Source of the DNA: Eledone cirrhosa
Lineage: Eukaryota
Direction of reading: 5' to 3'
Length of the DNA: 64,000 nt
Assembly (NCBI GenBank): GCA_964016885.1
Contig: OZ024746.1
Coordinates: 82,894,001 to 82,958,000, forward strand
The position numbers and the translations under genes are program-made. Shown piece after piece: positions 13,537 to 28,200 of the stretch. How positions within the stretch are numbered: position 1 is the first letter of the stretch; the number at the start of each line of letters is the position of its first letter. The notes beneath the pieces are model-generated. The model was not told the origin of the DNA and did no database searches. It saw nothing but the letters and a program-made list of their open reading frames with translations.

Positions 13537-13807
13537 GTGGTTACACAACAGTTAGTTCACCATACCGAGCACAATTGTTTCACCTTAGCGGATCCTCAGC
13601 TCGTAATGGACATGGTTATACGGAACAGGAAGGCCAACTGTCCTTCCTGTTCCATATAACCATGTCCATTACGAGCTGAGGATCCGCTAAGGTGAAACAA
13701 TTGTGCTCGGTATGGTAAACTAACTGTTGTGTAACCACTTCTACCTAACTCGTCCCATGGACTGAGTGCTCTACCACTACAGATATTACCTTCCAGTGTT
13801 CTACCTT
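13532..13807 (+). mobile_element. PLE-like pLTR family E fold-back (102 bp arms) with hammerhead-like core
   Basis: Arms 13532-13633 and 13642-13743 with 2 mismatches seen; CGAG-CTGAGGA(13676)-TCCGCTAAGGT-GAAA-C-AATT-G-TG-CTCG; GACTGAGTGCT at 13760; (TA)n flanks. Confidence 0.8.
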
Positions 13808-13825
13808 TATATATATATATATATA

Positions 13826-14026
13826 TAACAAAGAAAGTGTGGTAAGAAACCAGGTGGACCATTACGCACCAGAGTACTCGATACTTATGGTAGTAGAGTG
13901 GGTAATAGGAAAAGAGTCAGGACCCCGACGGCTGAGCTCCTGCCGTTTCGACAGTTAAATTCGAACTGTTCGGATCTAGCTGTCGAAACGGCTGGAGCTC
14001 ATTGTCAGAGTCCTGACCCTTTTTCT

Positions 14027-14027
<1 letters not shown>
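13826..14027 (-). mobile_element. Family B fold-back copy (diverged)
   Basis: Full minus arm plus a partial inverted arm ending at ..TTTTCTA. Confidence 0.75.
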
Positions 14028-14107
<80 letters not shown>

Positions 14108-14678
14108 CTTTAAATTACTCGACATCAGTTTAAGTATTTTATTACATTTTATTATATATGTACACTTATAATAACCTGTGTTTAATTAACACTTCAAAGA
14201 AATTTTAATTTTATTTCGATTGGCGCTATAAATACAAATCCAATTAATCAAATGCTCTTAATTAATACAAAGACAATTAATTACTTTATTTCCTGCATAT
14301 TTACACTGTCCGTCTGCCTGTGTATATCTGTGTCGGTCGGTCCGTGGGTACATTAGGTGGAATTTCATGCTCTCCTTCTCTTTTTTTCTCTCCCTCTGTC
14401 TTTCACTTACTTTCACTCTCTTTCAAAACTCCTTACCCTTTCTATCTGACTCACTTCGTCACACTGACACTCACCCTTTCACAGAATTCACTACGTAACA
14501 TTCCTTCTCTTACTTTCTCATCACCCACTTTTTTTCCCTCGTCGTTTCTATTCTGGTCAAAATTCGATACACACATACATACATACGTACATACATACAT
14601 ATAAACATTACACATACATACATACATACATACATACATACATACATACATACATACATACATACATACATACGTACA

Positions 14679-14710
<32 letters not shown>

Positions 14711-14752
14711 AACATTACACATACATACATACATACATACAAACATACATAC

Positions 14753-15206
14753 ATGGTGGCTGCCAACTCGTTTTCGAGTACGGCCACTACTTTATATCCA
14801 TGTAGGAGAACCCCTACCGATGCGCTGAACAAGTGTGTCTTTTTAGTCCAGCCAACGACTTGAAAACTCTGGTACAAACACTACACCTGTGACAATTATT
14901 GACACATAGTGCTGGGCCCATGGTACCATGTGACGACAAGTGCAGAGAGATCTCCAGATACAAAGCAATGCCTGTGCCGTGAATCTTTTATAGTGAGCAA
15001 AGGCACTGCACAAAGCCAGTCCCACTCTCTTAACCAAGATGATATTTACCAAAAAGAATAACAAGTCAACATCATTGGATACCATCAGGGTTGCAGGTGT
15101 TATATCAGAGTTTTCCTTCTCTTAGAATTCTGCCTTGACAAAGGCTAAGGGGTCATCTCTCCCGGTGATTTTGGATGGCCATTGACTCTTAAGAGCTCCT
15201 TTGCCC
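14753..15206 (-). mobile_element. Family A RTE-like element, 5'-truncated
   Basis: Same 3' end as the other copies; (TACA)n on both sides. Confidence 0.85.
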
Positions 15207-15502
15207 ATACATACATACATACATACATACATACATACATACATACATACATACATACATGCAAACATACATACATACATACATACATGCATACATACAT
15301 ACATATACACATACATGCATACATACATACATATACACATACATACATGGATGGATTCATGCAGGTATACATATATACATTCGTATATACATACAAGCAT
15401 TCATACACACACACACACACACACACACACATGAACACACATATATATATATATGTATATTAATATATGTATGAAGGTTTTATGGATCTCTCTCTCTCTC
15501 TA

Positions 15503-15542
<40 letters not shown>

Positions 15543-15572
15543 CCTGTGTGTATATAAAAGTATATATATACA

Positions 15573-15608
<36 letters not shown>

Positions 15609-15620
15609 TATACATACATA

Positions 15621-15993
15621 CATGGTGGCTGCCAACTCGTTTTCGAGTACGGCCACTACTTTATATCCATGTAGGAGAACCCCTACCGATGCGCTGAACG
15701 AGGGTGACTTTTTAGTCCAGCCAGCGACTTGAAAACTCTGGTACAAACACTACACTTGTGACAATTACTGACACATAGTGCTGGGCCCATGGTACCATGT
15801 GACGACAAGTGCAGAGAGATCTCCAGATATAAAGCAATGCCTGTGCCGTGAAGCTTTTATAGTGAGCAAAGGCACTGCACAAAGCCAGTCCCACTCTCTT
15901 AACCAAGATGATATTTACCAAAAAGAAGAACAAGTCAACATCATTGGATACCATCAGGGTTGCAGGTGTTATATCAGAGTTTTCCTTCTCCTA
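15621..15993 (-). mobile_element. Family A RTE-like element, 5'-truncated
   Basis: Same 3' end with a different 5' breakpoint; (TACA)n tail. Confidence 0.85.
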
Positions 15994-16020
15994 CATATAT
16001 ACATACAGACAAATATATAG

Positions 16021-16118
<98 letters not shown>

Positions 16119-16119
16119 G

Positions 16120-16176
<57 letters not shown>

Positions 16177-16466
16177 TACATACAGACAAATATATAGACA
16201 GACATACATACATGCATACATACATACGTAAAGTAATCTTGTTTTCCTAAACGATAATAAAACTTGACTTTAATCAATGAGTTGTAACAGGAATCACCAT
16301 GCAGGCAGGAAAATCGATTATTTTTCTCGGTTTTTGTTGACATCGCATCCTTAAAAGGGATTTATCATAGAAACTCTCATATTTCATAAGTACAGATTAT
16401 CTATTTGTATAGAGTTATTAGTGCACACCCATAAAACCTGCCCCACCGTATATATGTATATATATC

Positions 16467-16506
<40 letters not shown>

Positions 16507-16522
16507 ATGTACAGACACACAC

Positions 16523-16659
<137 letters not shown>

Positions 16660-16704
16660 TTTGTATATATATGCATATATATAAAATATATATATATATA
16701 TAAG

Positions 16705-16825
<121 letters not shown>

Positions 16826-16853
16826 GTATATTATATACTTATATATATATATG

Positions 16854-16940
<87 letters not shown>

Positions 16941-17081
16941 AAGGGGAAAGAGAAAGAGTGAGCAAGAGAGATGAATAGAGACAGCTGCACAAAAACATAC
17001 AAACACATACACACGCATATATATATTATAGATATTATATATATAATATTATACACACACACACACATAAATGTATATATA

Positions 17082-17134
<53 letters not shown>

Positions 17135-17145
17135 ATGTGTATATA

Positions 17146-17613
17146 TACTAGTTTCGAGCTTATTAGCTATCGTCAGCACCGTATAACTTCCTGCCAGATG
17201 ACTGAACGTCTGAAAGTATATACTTTCAAACTAGGCTGCTGAGTCGTTAATATGCATAAGGAAAGTATATACTTTCAGACGTTCAGTCATCTGGCAGGAA
17301 GGTATACGGTGCTGACGATAGCTAATAAGCTTGAAACTAGTACATCGTTCCTTTGTCAGTGTTGAACAAAAGGGCAACAATGGTTGCTAAACACTGTACG
17401 GCTTAATTCGGGATGTTTGTTTACAAACACACCGAGCATTATAATAAATGATCGGTAAATCCATACGTACATATATATATATGTGTGCATGTATGTATAT
17501 ATATACATACTACTGTACGTCTGTATACATATATATATGTACGTATACATACTTATATTTAAGTAACAGCCGTACTAAGAGTGAGAAATGAAATTTCGTT
17601 TCATTTGTTTCCA
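17146..17613 (+). mobile_element. PLE-like pLTR family C fold-back with hammerhead
   Basis: Arms 17146-17227 and 17261-17342; CGGTG-CTGACGA(17312)..GAAA(17333)-CTAG-TA-CATCG. Confidence 0.85.
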
Positions 17614-17615
17614 TT

Positions 17616-17651
<36 letters not shown>

Positions 17652-17824
17652 TGTATGTATATAAGAGTATACATGGTTCAATAAATAATATCAAAATATT
17701 AGTATATCATCTATATTCAATTATTCGTATATACACACTATCTCATGCAAACATATGTAAAATATTAATCTATTATTAACATGTTCATTCCTCTCCTATA
17801 TTAATGTATATAAATAAATAAACG

Positions 17825-17878
<54 letters not shown>

Positions 17879-17970
17879 AATATTAGACAGGAACAAAAAA
17901 CAAAGAGGCAGTACAAATGGTAGTTTATTAGGTTCATATATATATATGATGGTGCCATATATATATATAT

Positions 17971-18124
17971 ATACTTAGGGTAGTAGAGTTGGTAATAGGA
18001 ACGAGTAGGACCCCGACGGCTGAGCTCAAGCCGTTTTGACGACTAATTCTTAGCCTCTACTACCCTAAGTATTGAGTACTTTGGTGCGTTATGGTCCATC
18101 TGGTTCCTTACCACATTTCCTTCG

Positions 18125-18127
<3 letters not shown>
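17971..18127. mobile_element. Family B inverted copy with internal deletion
   Basis: Minus arm 17971-18050 is joined to a plus-strand tail 18055-18127; (TA)n flanks. Confidence 0.75.
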
Positions 18128-18157
<30 letters not shown>

Positions 18158-18249
18158 GCGTATATATCTATTTATCTTGCATTCTTTTTGTATCCGTCAA
18201 TTTATTGATTACCCTGTCTATGTACCTATATGTGTAATGTCTAAAGTCT

Positions 18250-18529
18250 GTCTCAAGCCAGAAGGGTCATCAAGCCGGTGTTTATCCCAGCACTCGTGGT
18301 GTGAAGCGACTGAGTGTACACGACTTCCTCCTGGACAGGACGCTAGCAGTCCATCGCATGGTTAAAGCTCCCCCAGCTATTGCTGGTACTCCTTGTCAGC
18401 TGTGTATACTGGAGCATCGTAAAATAAAGTGTTTTGCTCAAGAACACAACACGCAACCCAGCCCAGGATGGAACCCACGACCTTCTGATCGTAAGTCCAA
18501 CACCCTTACCACTAGGCCACGTGCCTCCA
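18250..18529 (-). mobile_element. tRNA-derived CORE-like SINE (family S2)
   Basis: Minus strand: A box TGGCCTAGTGG, B-box-like GGTTCCATCC, then TGTGTTCTTGAGCAAAACACTT resembling the CORE-SINE motif; diverged copy at about 24965-25075. Confidence 0.7.
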
Positions 18530-18595
18530 CATGTACCTATAAGCACACTCTTATATGCCATGCATATATATACAACACGCCCTGTTAACTCATGG

Positions 18596-18641
<46 letters not shown>

Positions 18642-18669
18642 ACACATACACCCACACACCCACCCACAT

Positions 18670-18707
<38 letters not shown>

Positions 18708-19020
18708 ATATATATATATACACACATTATATGTGTGTGTGTGTGTGTGTGTGGTGTGTAAATAAATAAATAAATAAATATATATATATAAATAGATAAA
18801 TATATATATAGAAGGATCCACACAGACACTCACATATATACATGTGGGTGTGAATGTAGGTTTGTGTTACATATGTGTATGTAAAAATCTATAAATATAC
18901 ATTTACTTATCAATAGCTATAGAATTTTATACGTTGTCAATAAATGTGTACTTATTGAATTACGTGTGTATGTATGTTAATAAAACTACTAGTCTGTGTG
19001 TATATTTTTATAAGAGTGTG

Positions 19021-19072
19021 CTTGTAGATGTACTTGTAGATGTACTTGTAGATGTACTTGTAGATGTACTTG
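19021..19072. repeat. 12 bp tandem repeat (CTTGTAGATGTA)x4
   Basis: Directly visible. Confidence 0.9.
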
Positions 19073-19566
19073 TGGCTATGTATATGTGTTTGTGTGTTTA
19101 AGTATGTGCGAATGGCTCTTTTGTCGGCTACGGCGATGTATATTCCAGTTGTCTGATCAATGGTATAGCCTCTGTTGAATTAATGTAAATGCTTGAGTAT
19201 TCTACTTTCACTTGTGGCAGTGGAAACCTCGGGCGATTTTGGTCCCCGGACCACACCCCTACTTACTGTTATTGTCTTTCTTCGATGCTTCCGAAGCAGG
19301 ACTGTATTAAGGTCAACTAGTTGTCTAAGCTCAACCTAACAATCGTATAACATTTTCGTTGTTTAATTGACAGGACATTAAGATATAAAATGTGCTGAAT
19401 AGATAATGGATTACATTCACAGTTTTCTCACAGGGCTTTCACTAGGTCAGATCCCACAACAATATTAAATATAACTTGCTTTTTCATTTTATTTATTTAA
19501 CACTAAATAGCCGCATACAATATAAGCAAATTATTTACTTATAACTTGAGCAATAGAAAAAGTGCA

Positions 19567-19671
19567 AATTTTAAGCATATTTTAAAATTGATATTTAAAA
19601 GAATTGTTATAATTTATTAAATTTTAAGCATATTTTAAAATTGATCTTTAAAAAAGTTGCTATAATTTATT
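19567..19671. repeat. Tandem duplication of a ~52 bp unit
   Basis: AATTTTAAGCATATTTTAAAATTGAT..TATAATTTATT occurs twice with few mismatches. Confidence 0.85.
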
Positions 19672-19789
19672 CCATGGTATGGTATGATTTCATAGAGTCG
19701 TAGTGGTGCCTTATTGGACATTTTAAGCCTAGCGGAACCCAACCCTTTCCAGTACAGCAAGCAGATTTCTTCCAGAGAGAGGAAGAATC

Positions 19790-19926
19790 GACCACAGTAC
19801 TAGAACTGGTATTTTTTATCGTCCTCGAAAGCTGACCTTGGTGGAATTTGAACTCAGAGAGCAGAGAGCCGGAACGAATACCCTAAGCATTCAACCCAAC
19901 GTTCTAACAACTCTACCAATTCGGCA
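19790..19926 (-). mobile_element. Diverged S1-related SINE
   Basis: CTGGT-ATTTTTTATCG..GACCTTGGTGGAATTTGAACTCAGA. Confidence 0.55.
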
Positions 19927-20417
19927 CATAATTTATTAAATACACCATAGTAAATCTGGCATTGGAAAAAAACAACATTTTATGGTACCTCAACACCATA
20001 AAGTCGTAATTATTTAGTTTAACGGTTAATTATTACTTAGTACTAAGCTATTATTGTAGCTCCGATTACGCAAACCTGTCATCAAAGCATTCTTGTCTTT
20101 TTGTATATCTAGGGCTTCATTATGTAATGTGTCCAACACCTTTTTAATAAGGTATACTGAGATTTCAGGGAAATTTGAGTGGCTGATTCTAGCAGATCAA
20201 AAACAACGTAGAGGCTCCTTCATTTGTTCATACAAACAGTCAGAGGTTTGGTTAGATACAATGGTACAGTCTTTAAGAGTTTAACATTGTTTACTTTCAG
20301 ATTCAAATCATACTGAACCAGATTCTCTAGCACCTACTTTCTTTCTTTTATCAAACATATTTTCTATCACTGACTCTTTTCGTTGTTACTCTTATTTTCT
20401 TTCGGCTTCTCTGTCCT

Positions 20418-20494
<77 letters not shown>

Positions 20495-20512
20495 TCTCCC
20501 TCTCTCTCTCTC

Positions 20513-20590
<78 letters not shown>

Positions 20591-20594
<4 letters not shown>

Positions 20595-20760
20595 GATATT
20601 AAATAAATGGAAACTATATTTATAAAACCATATTTATTCTATTATATATATTTCAAGGGTAGCAAAACTTTGGTACGCTCTCATCAGATAAAATACAAAG
20701 TTAGTTTTATAAATTTTACATAACCAAGAAAAGATACCTTAACGGTTTAAGTTTTTCTTG
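20591..20760 (-). mobile_element. Family F pLTR fragment with hammerhead (20635-20695)
   Basis: Minus strand: TATTTTAT-CTGATGA-GAG..CTT-GAAA-T-ATAT-A-TA-ATAGAATA; similar to the 6949 and 44009 elements. Confidence 0.8.
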
Positions 20761-21018
20761 ACTAGTGAAGGAAAAGAGAAGAAAAGTCAGATATTTCAAA
20801 TTATTAAGATGAGTATGCAAATGAGGTTGAGGTATAGGGCTGAAAAAAACGTTATTTTTAGACGCTATACAGAATTTAAATAATTAGGATATATGTATGT
20901 ATAAGTAGCAAGAAGAAAAAAAGAAAGAAGAGCTAGTATCTAATTTAGCTATATTATGAGTTATAATATTGTATATATAATCAATTAGATTATATGAAGA
21001 ATTATGGTGTAAAATAAT

Positions 21019-21202
21019 TGTTTCTACTTTTGGCACAAGGCCATCAATTAACCAGTACATTACTGGTACTTTATTTTATCGACCCCGTAAGGATGAAAGG
21101 CAAGGTTAACCTCGGCGGGATTTGAACTCAGACCATAAAGGTCCGTAACTCTTTGCTGCAAAGCATGGCGTCCGACCCTCTACCGATACTGCAAAATCAC
21201 CT
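21019..21202 (-). mobile_element. tRNA-derived SINE S1 with 12 bp TSD
   Basis: TSD GTGTAAAATAAT at 21007-21018 and 21203-21214. Confidence 0.9.
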
Positions 21203-21462
21203 GTGTAAAATAATGAGCTGAAAATTTCGATTAACCGATATCATCCATGCAATTAGAAGACAAAACAGTCTCTAGTGATTATCAGCTTATAACTATTATT
21301 CAGATTGGTTTCTCTAATGTGCATAATAGTGCATGCGCTGACAGCGTGGATTAATTAGTTAATTAATTAACTAATTAAAGGTATATCATATGTCTGAAAT
21401 TATTTTCTGTAATTATTTTCCATAATGTAAAAAAAACTAAAAACACAATCAGTTCAATAAAC

Positions 21463-21554
<92 letters not shown>

Positions 21555-23206
21555 GATGAGGAGGGAGAAGAGAGGGTGTGGAGGAGGGAGAAGAGAAAAA
21601 GGCAGAGGAACAAGTGAAAGAGAGTAGCAGTTTCTTCACTGACTCTGAAGCTGGAATATTACCGACATAATCAACACACCTGTTATTTCCTGTATTTACA
21701 TTCCAATCTATAGATACATGTACTCACACACATACACACACACACACACGCATATATATGCATCCACATACAGAAGCATATAGTAGGTATGCGTATTTCT
21801 TTGAGAGTGGGTGCGTGTATATATGTATGTATGTATGGATATGTAATTATAGGTTGGTGTGCATGCGTGTGTGTACCTCTCTCTGTGTGTGTGTGTATGT
21901 GTGTTATTTTTAAGGATTTCAAAAACGATTTTAAAAACAAAATTCTTTGAAAGTCTTTCTCTGTATGTCTGCATATATATATATATATATATGTGTGTGT
22001 GTCTGTGTGTGTGTGTGTGTGTATACGTCTGTGTATTTGTGTGTGTGTGTGTGTATACGTCTGTGTATTTGTGTGTATACGTCTGTGTATTTGTGTGTGT
22101 CTGTGTGTGTGCATATTTGGTTATATTGGGTTTGGGATTTTTTTTCTTCTTTTTACTATGTGTTACCCCCGTGTACTTGTATACATGTTTGCATGTGTGA
22201 GTGTATGTGTAGTTGCTGGCTTATCTCTACTCCGAATTACTTTCTTATCTTCCTTCTTTACCTCCCTTCGTTTCTTCCATCCTCCCTCCTTCTTTTCTTC
22301 TCTTGTATACCAAGTTAACCCTTCTGTAAATCTTTTGTTTGTTAACCGTGCCTTTAACACCAATTGACATTATTTAGTCATTCACGTTTTCCGCGTTTCA
22401 GACTAGACCGACTTGAAGACATAGTTTGAAGTGGCGGGAGAGCCAAGTCTCTTAGGCATCTTTTTGATAAGAGGGTGGGGGAAGAATGGACCGGTTAATA
22501 TCCTCGAGAGGAATTAAACAGTTTAGTTATATTTTAAAAGATTTCTCTTCTCTATATTTCTCTTAAGTTATAGCAATACTGCTTATAAAACTGAGCCAGC
22601 CCTCATCAAGCTGATCTGGAATCGTAGTCGTTCCACGCTTGACCATCCCATATTTTCGTATGTATAGTTGGGACTGTATTCTTCTTTATTCAACATCGTA
22701 CATTGTGATTTGAAGGAATTTGGCTGTATTTTCTAGCAGGTCGAGCGACCGTGATTATGCATAGGAAGTCTTTGTAGATATACAGTGGTTTAGAGTATTG
22801 ACAGAATCTTTAGAAAATTAAAAAAATAAACAACTCTTGAGGTATTTCTTCTAGGTCTTTACAATTCAAATTCTACTGAGCTCAAGTTTGCTTCAAATCC
22901 TCCCATGGTGAATACAATAAATTACCAATCTGGTAGTTTGATGGAATTGTTAGAATGATTGGACAAAATACCTTATTTCTTTCGGTTCTTTACATTCTGA
23001 ATTCATTTGCCATGACACTGATACCAGCTAAATTATATCAACCCGCACCCTTCCCTTTGACCACATCGGTGGCGTTGGGAGGAGAGGGGGCATTGAATAA
23101 GGTCAGTAGAGATGATATAATAGTATATTAAATATCAAAAGATACATATTATATATAAATATAGTAAAAAAATATATAATATTTATTTATACATAGTATA
23201 TATTAT

Positions 23207-23357
23207 ATTATTTATTATATATAAATTAACGATTTTATTTATTATGTATTATTTACCATTTGCATGTAGGCAGGTCTCTTTGGAAATAGGGTGGGGGGGG
23301 GGGGCACTGAGGGTATTACGTGACCGTGAGGTGGCCCACAACGTTTGAGAACCTCTG
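23207..23357. mobile_element. hAT-like DNA transposon end
   Basis: Shared with 35886-36026; terminus GTTTGAGAACCTCTG (reverse complement CAGAGGTTCTCAAAC) resembles hAT/Charlie-type TIRs. Confidence 0.6.
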
Positions 23358-23589
23358 GTTTAAATGTTTCGTACGACGTTTAGGAATAAAGACACGCCAT
23401 AAGTGTCAGATAGAAAGAAGACTGATATGGTAAAAGATCCTATGATGGTTCCAATATTTTCTCACAACAGGAGTTATGGAATAGATGAGAGCAAGTTCAG
23501 AGAAGCTCTGGGTTGTGGAGGGTAATGAACATAAGGCGAGGGTACGTTGTTGGGTCGGATCCTGAAGGAAATTCAGCCGCTACCATGTT

Positions 23590-23659
<70 letters not shown>

Positions 23660-24050
23660 ATATATATGTCTGTGTGTGTGTGTTTATGGGACGTATCGAC
23701 CGTCTTAATATATTTTCTACATATTCTTGATTATTTTTTTTGCGCGTCGGCTAAAAAAAAAAAAAGCACACTCACACATGCATTTATTTATGTATACATA
23801 CATACATAAACACATATACATATATACATACATACACACATACATACATATATACATACATATATATACATACACACACATACATACATACATATATTTG
23901 GGTACATAGTTAATCGTTTTTTTTTTTTTTGTTTTATTCATTCTATTCGGATTTTTTTAACATAGTGATTGCTTATATTTATATTTGTATGTGTTATTCT
24001 CCTTCTTCAAACACACACACACACACACATATGTATATATATATATATAT

Positions 24051-24101
<51 letters not shown>

Positions 24102-24167
24102 AATGTATGTATATATGTATATGCACATATATATATATATATATAATATATATAGACATGTTTTATG

Positions 24168-24200
<33 letters not shown>

Positions 24201-24605
24201 TATATATATAATACCTCGCGCTCGTTAATAGCATTGATGATGAAAAGTCACGCTCTTCAGCGATGAATAGTGTTAGACAGTATGAGGTTAGTTTGGGTTT
24301 AGTGTAGATCAAGCTTTTTTTCATGGCTGACAGTAGGTCAGATGCCGGAGAAGGTGCTGACTTGCTCTCTGATAGATGCCAGCGCTACGGTATAACAGTG
24401 TCACTAAAGGATATAGATGGGGCTATCTCTTCGGATATGTATAGAATGTTTGGGTTGGGTTAGTGGGAGAAAAACTAAACTGTTATCAGATAAAGAGTTT
24501 ATTTTATCTCTCTAATTTCTTTGTGGATGTAGCTGTTTCTATTTTCTCTCTGTCTCTGTTCCTCTATTTCTATTAGTCTGTCCGTCGCCCATCCACCCCT
24601 CTCGC

Positions 24606-24741
<136 letters not shown>

Positions 24742-25139
24742 GGAAAACTACTACCCAACCAGTGCAGCTTAAAAGATCTCGCAGAATTTAATAATAATGC
24801 AAAGGACTGTGTAAAGAAATATAACCACCACATGCTTCGAAGATACGAAAAGAAGAAGAAGGAAAACAAGAAAAGGTGTTGATCGTCAATCGGACCAAAG
24901 GAACTACGTTTCCATTGGTCTTTCTATTGCTGACATTATCTGCTGATCTCAACTCTCGTTAGAAGGAGCAACACGAGATAAAGTATTTTGCCCAAAATTA
25001 CAACGCACTGCCCACTCCAAGATTCGAACTCACGATCTTATGAATGTGAGTTCAACACCCTAGCCAATAAGCCACATATAACGAGAGACTATGTGCATTT
25101 GACCACATTATTATTACGTTTCGCATATATATATATATA

Positions 25140-25444
<305 letters not shown>

Positions 25445-25540
25445 TAGACTCTACTGTCGTATATCAAAGTGTGAGGGTTCAACAGTCTTCTCAGATCAAA
25501 TTTTTAATGGTTATGTGTGTGTAGAAGAGAGAGAGAGAGA

Positions 25541-25635
<95 letters not shown>

Positions 25636-25919
25636 GGAAAGGATAGAGATAGATAAGTAGATAATCATATTGACTTTATATAAACCAATTTTTCTAAAAC
25701 GATGAGTCAACAGATCCCATACAGCCAATTCATGGCTTTATTGACTCTTGGCGGATGAGGGGGTTAAAACTGAGCCTGAAAAGGGGATTTTACCTAAACT
25801 CATGATAATAATAAAATTAGTAGCATCAACAAAAATAAATTAGATATTAATTTGTTGCCCAATTCGTGTCCCCACTTCATCTCTCTCTTCTTATCCTTTC
25901 CGTCATTGCATCCACTAAA

Positions 25920-26343
25920 ATCCACCACTGCCACCACTACCACCACCACCACCACCGCCACTACCACCACCACTAACACCACCACCACCAACAACAACAA
26001 CAACATTACCGCCACTACCACCACCACCACTAACACCATCACCACCACCACCATCAACAACAACACTACCGCCACCACCACCACCACCACCACCACCATC
26101 ACCATCACTACCACTAACACCACCACCAACAACAACAACACTACCACCACCACTACCACCCCACCACCAACACCACCTCTAACACCACCACCACCATCAC
26201 CATCACTACCACTAACACCACCGCCACCAACAACAACACTACCACCACCACCACCACTACCACTAACACTACCACCACCAACAACAACACTACTCACCAC
26301 CACCACCACTACCCCCCCCACCCCAACACCACCACCACCACCA
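25920..26343. repeat. (CCA/ACA)n trinucleotide array
   Basis: Directly visible. Confidence 0.9.
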
Positions 26344-26649
26344 TAGTTCCACAATTAAGCAACAGCCTCTTCGCCGCCACACACTTACACACACATAAAA
26401 AAAAAAAAAATGAAGAAATAATAATTTAAAATCAAATAAAAAAAAAAAAAGACTTCGACCATTCACTTGTCGTCTGTTCAATTAGGTTTGCTTGCACTGC
26501 CATCTGGCGTCGGTATCGGTCACACAATGGCTACATCATGTGATGGCGAGCGGGAAAGCACGTGGCTTTCCTTGTAACATTTAACAGGCGATGACAATAC
26601 CTTTGTTTGTTTATGTATTTGATTGTTTGATAGCTGTTGTTGTTGTTGC

Positions 26650-26694
<45 letters not shown>

Positions 26695-26919
26695 CTTCAT
26701 CAATGGCATGGCTATGAAAGAGCGGGAAAAGAAAGAAAGATAGATCACGCCGTCCTTTAAGCGACTGATTTGGTGTCGTTTGATGAAGTTGACCTTATCA
26801 AAGATCAGCAGCAGTAACTGTTATAGGAGCTAGTATATGTCTGTCTTATTGGGGTTATTTGGTGGTGTTGGTGTTGGTGTTGGTGGGGGGGGGGGGGTAC
26901 CCTGACCTTGACGACAACG

Positions 26920-27413
26920 TTTATGATGACGATGTTGGTGATGATGATGATGATGATGATGATTATGAAGGTGATGATGATGATGGTGATGGTGATGATG
27001 ATGATGATGATGGTGATGGTGATGATGATGATGTTGATGATGGTGATGGTGATGATGATGATGTTGATGATGGTGATGGTGGTGATGGTGATGATGATGA
27101 TGGTAGTGGTGATGGTGATGGTGATGGTGATGATGGTGATGGTGATGGTGATGGTGATGATGATGGTGATGATGAGGATGGTGATGGGGATGGTGATGGT
27201 GATGGTGATGGTGATGGTAATGGTGGTGATGGTGATGATGATGATGGTAGTGGTGATGGTGATGGTGATGGTGATGATGGTGATGATGATGGTAATGATG
27301 ATGGTGATGGTGATGATGATGTTGATGACGACGACGATGTTTATAATAACGACGACGATGATGATGAAGAGGAGGAGGGGAGGGGGAGGAGGGCAAGGAA
27401 ACAGGTGTTGATA

Positions 27414-27444
<31 letters not shown>

Positions 27445-27675
27445 CGCCGACGAGGACGGCGACGATGATGTCAACGATAATGATGGCGACGATGGTGATG
27501 ATGAAGATGATGACGATGATGGTAACGATGGTAATGATGAAGGTGATGGTGGTGCTATCCGTGGTGGTGGTGGTGGCGGCGATGGCGGTGGTGGTGTTAC
27601 TGATGTTGCTGCTTGTCGGTAAGTATGGCGTTGGTGAGGATGACGACGATGATGATGATGATGAATGATGATGGC
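26920..27675. repeat. (GAT/GGT)n trinucleotide array
   Basis: Directly visible; source of the poly-H/D/M ORFs. Confidence 0.9.
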
Positions 27676-27764
27676 GAGGAGGGTGAAGAGGAGAGCAAGG
27701 AGGAGGAAGGATTTAGAAAGAGAGTAGGAAACAGAAGAGGATCAGATGAGGGCGGGAAAGATGA

Positions 27765-27969
27765 GAGAGAGAAGAAGAAGAAGAAGAAGAAGAAGAAGAA
27801 GAAGAAGAAGAAGAAGAAGAAGAAGAAGAAGAAGAAGAAGAGATAGAAAAAAGCGAAAAGAAAGAGAGAAAAGAAAGAAGAGAGGAGAAAGAGGGAGGGA
27901 GGGAGAGAGAGAAGAGATAAGAAAAAAGCGAAAGAGTAAAGAAAGAAGAGAGAAGAGAGAAAGAGGAGG

Positions 27970-28044
<75 letters not shown>

Positions 28045-28132
28045 AGAAAGGGAGAGAAGAGATAAGAAAAAAGCGAAAAGAGAAAAGAGAGAGGAGAGAT
28101 GAGAGAGAGGGAGGGAGGGAGAAAGAGAGAGG

Positions 28133-28199
<67 letters not shown>

Positions 28200-28200
28200 G
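27765..28200. repeat. Polypurine block of (GAA)n and (GA)n
   Basis: Directly visible; contains three copies of AGATA(A)GAAAAAAGCGAAA. Confidence 0.9.

Noticed and set aside
18440-18529. Possible tRNA genes at SINE heads (also S1 heads)
   Set aside because: A/B boxes are present but there is no clean cloverleaf, and they continue into SINE bodies, several with TSDs.
24212-24262. Minus-strand CTGAAGA with a possible stem II
   Set aside because: No GAAA or stem III before the TA tract; may be a truncated ribozyme but cannot be supported.
26830-27668. Poly-His / Asp-Gly / Met-Val ORFs resembling biomineral or cuticle proteins
   Set aside because: Frame-independent GAT/GGT repeat with no supporting exon structure.
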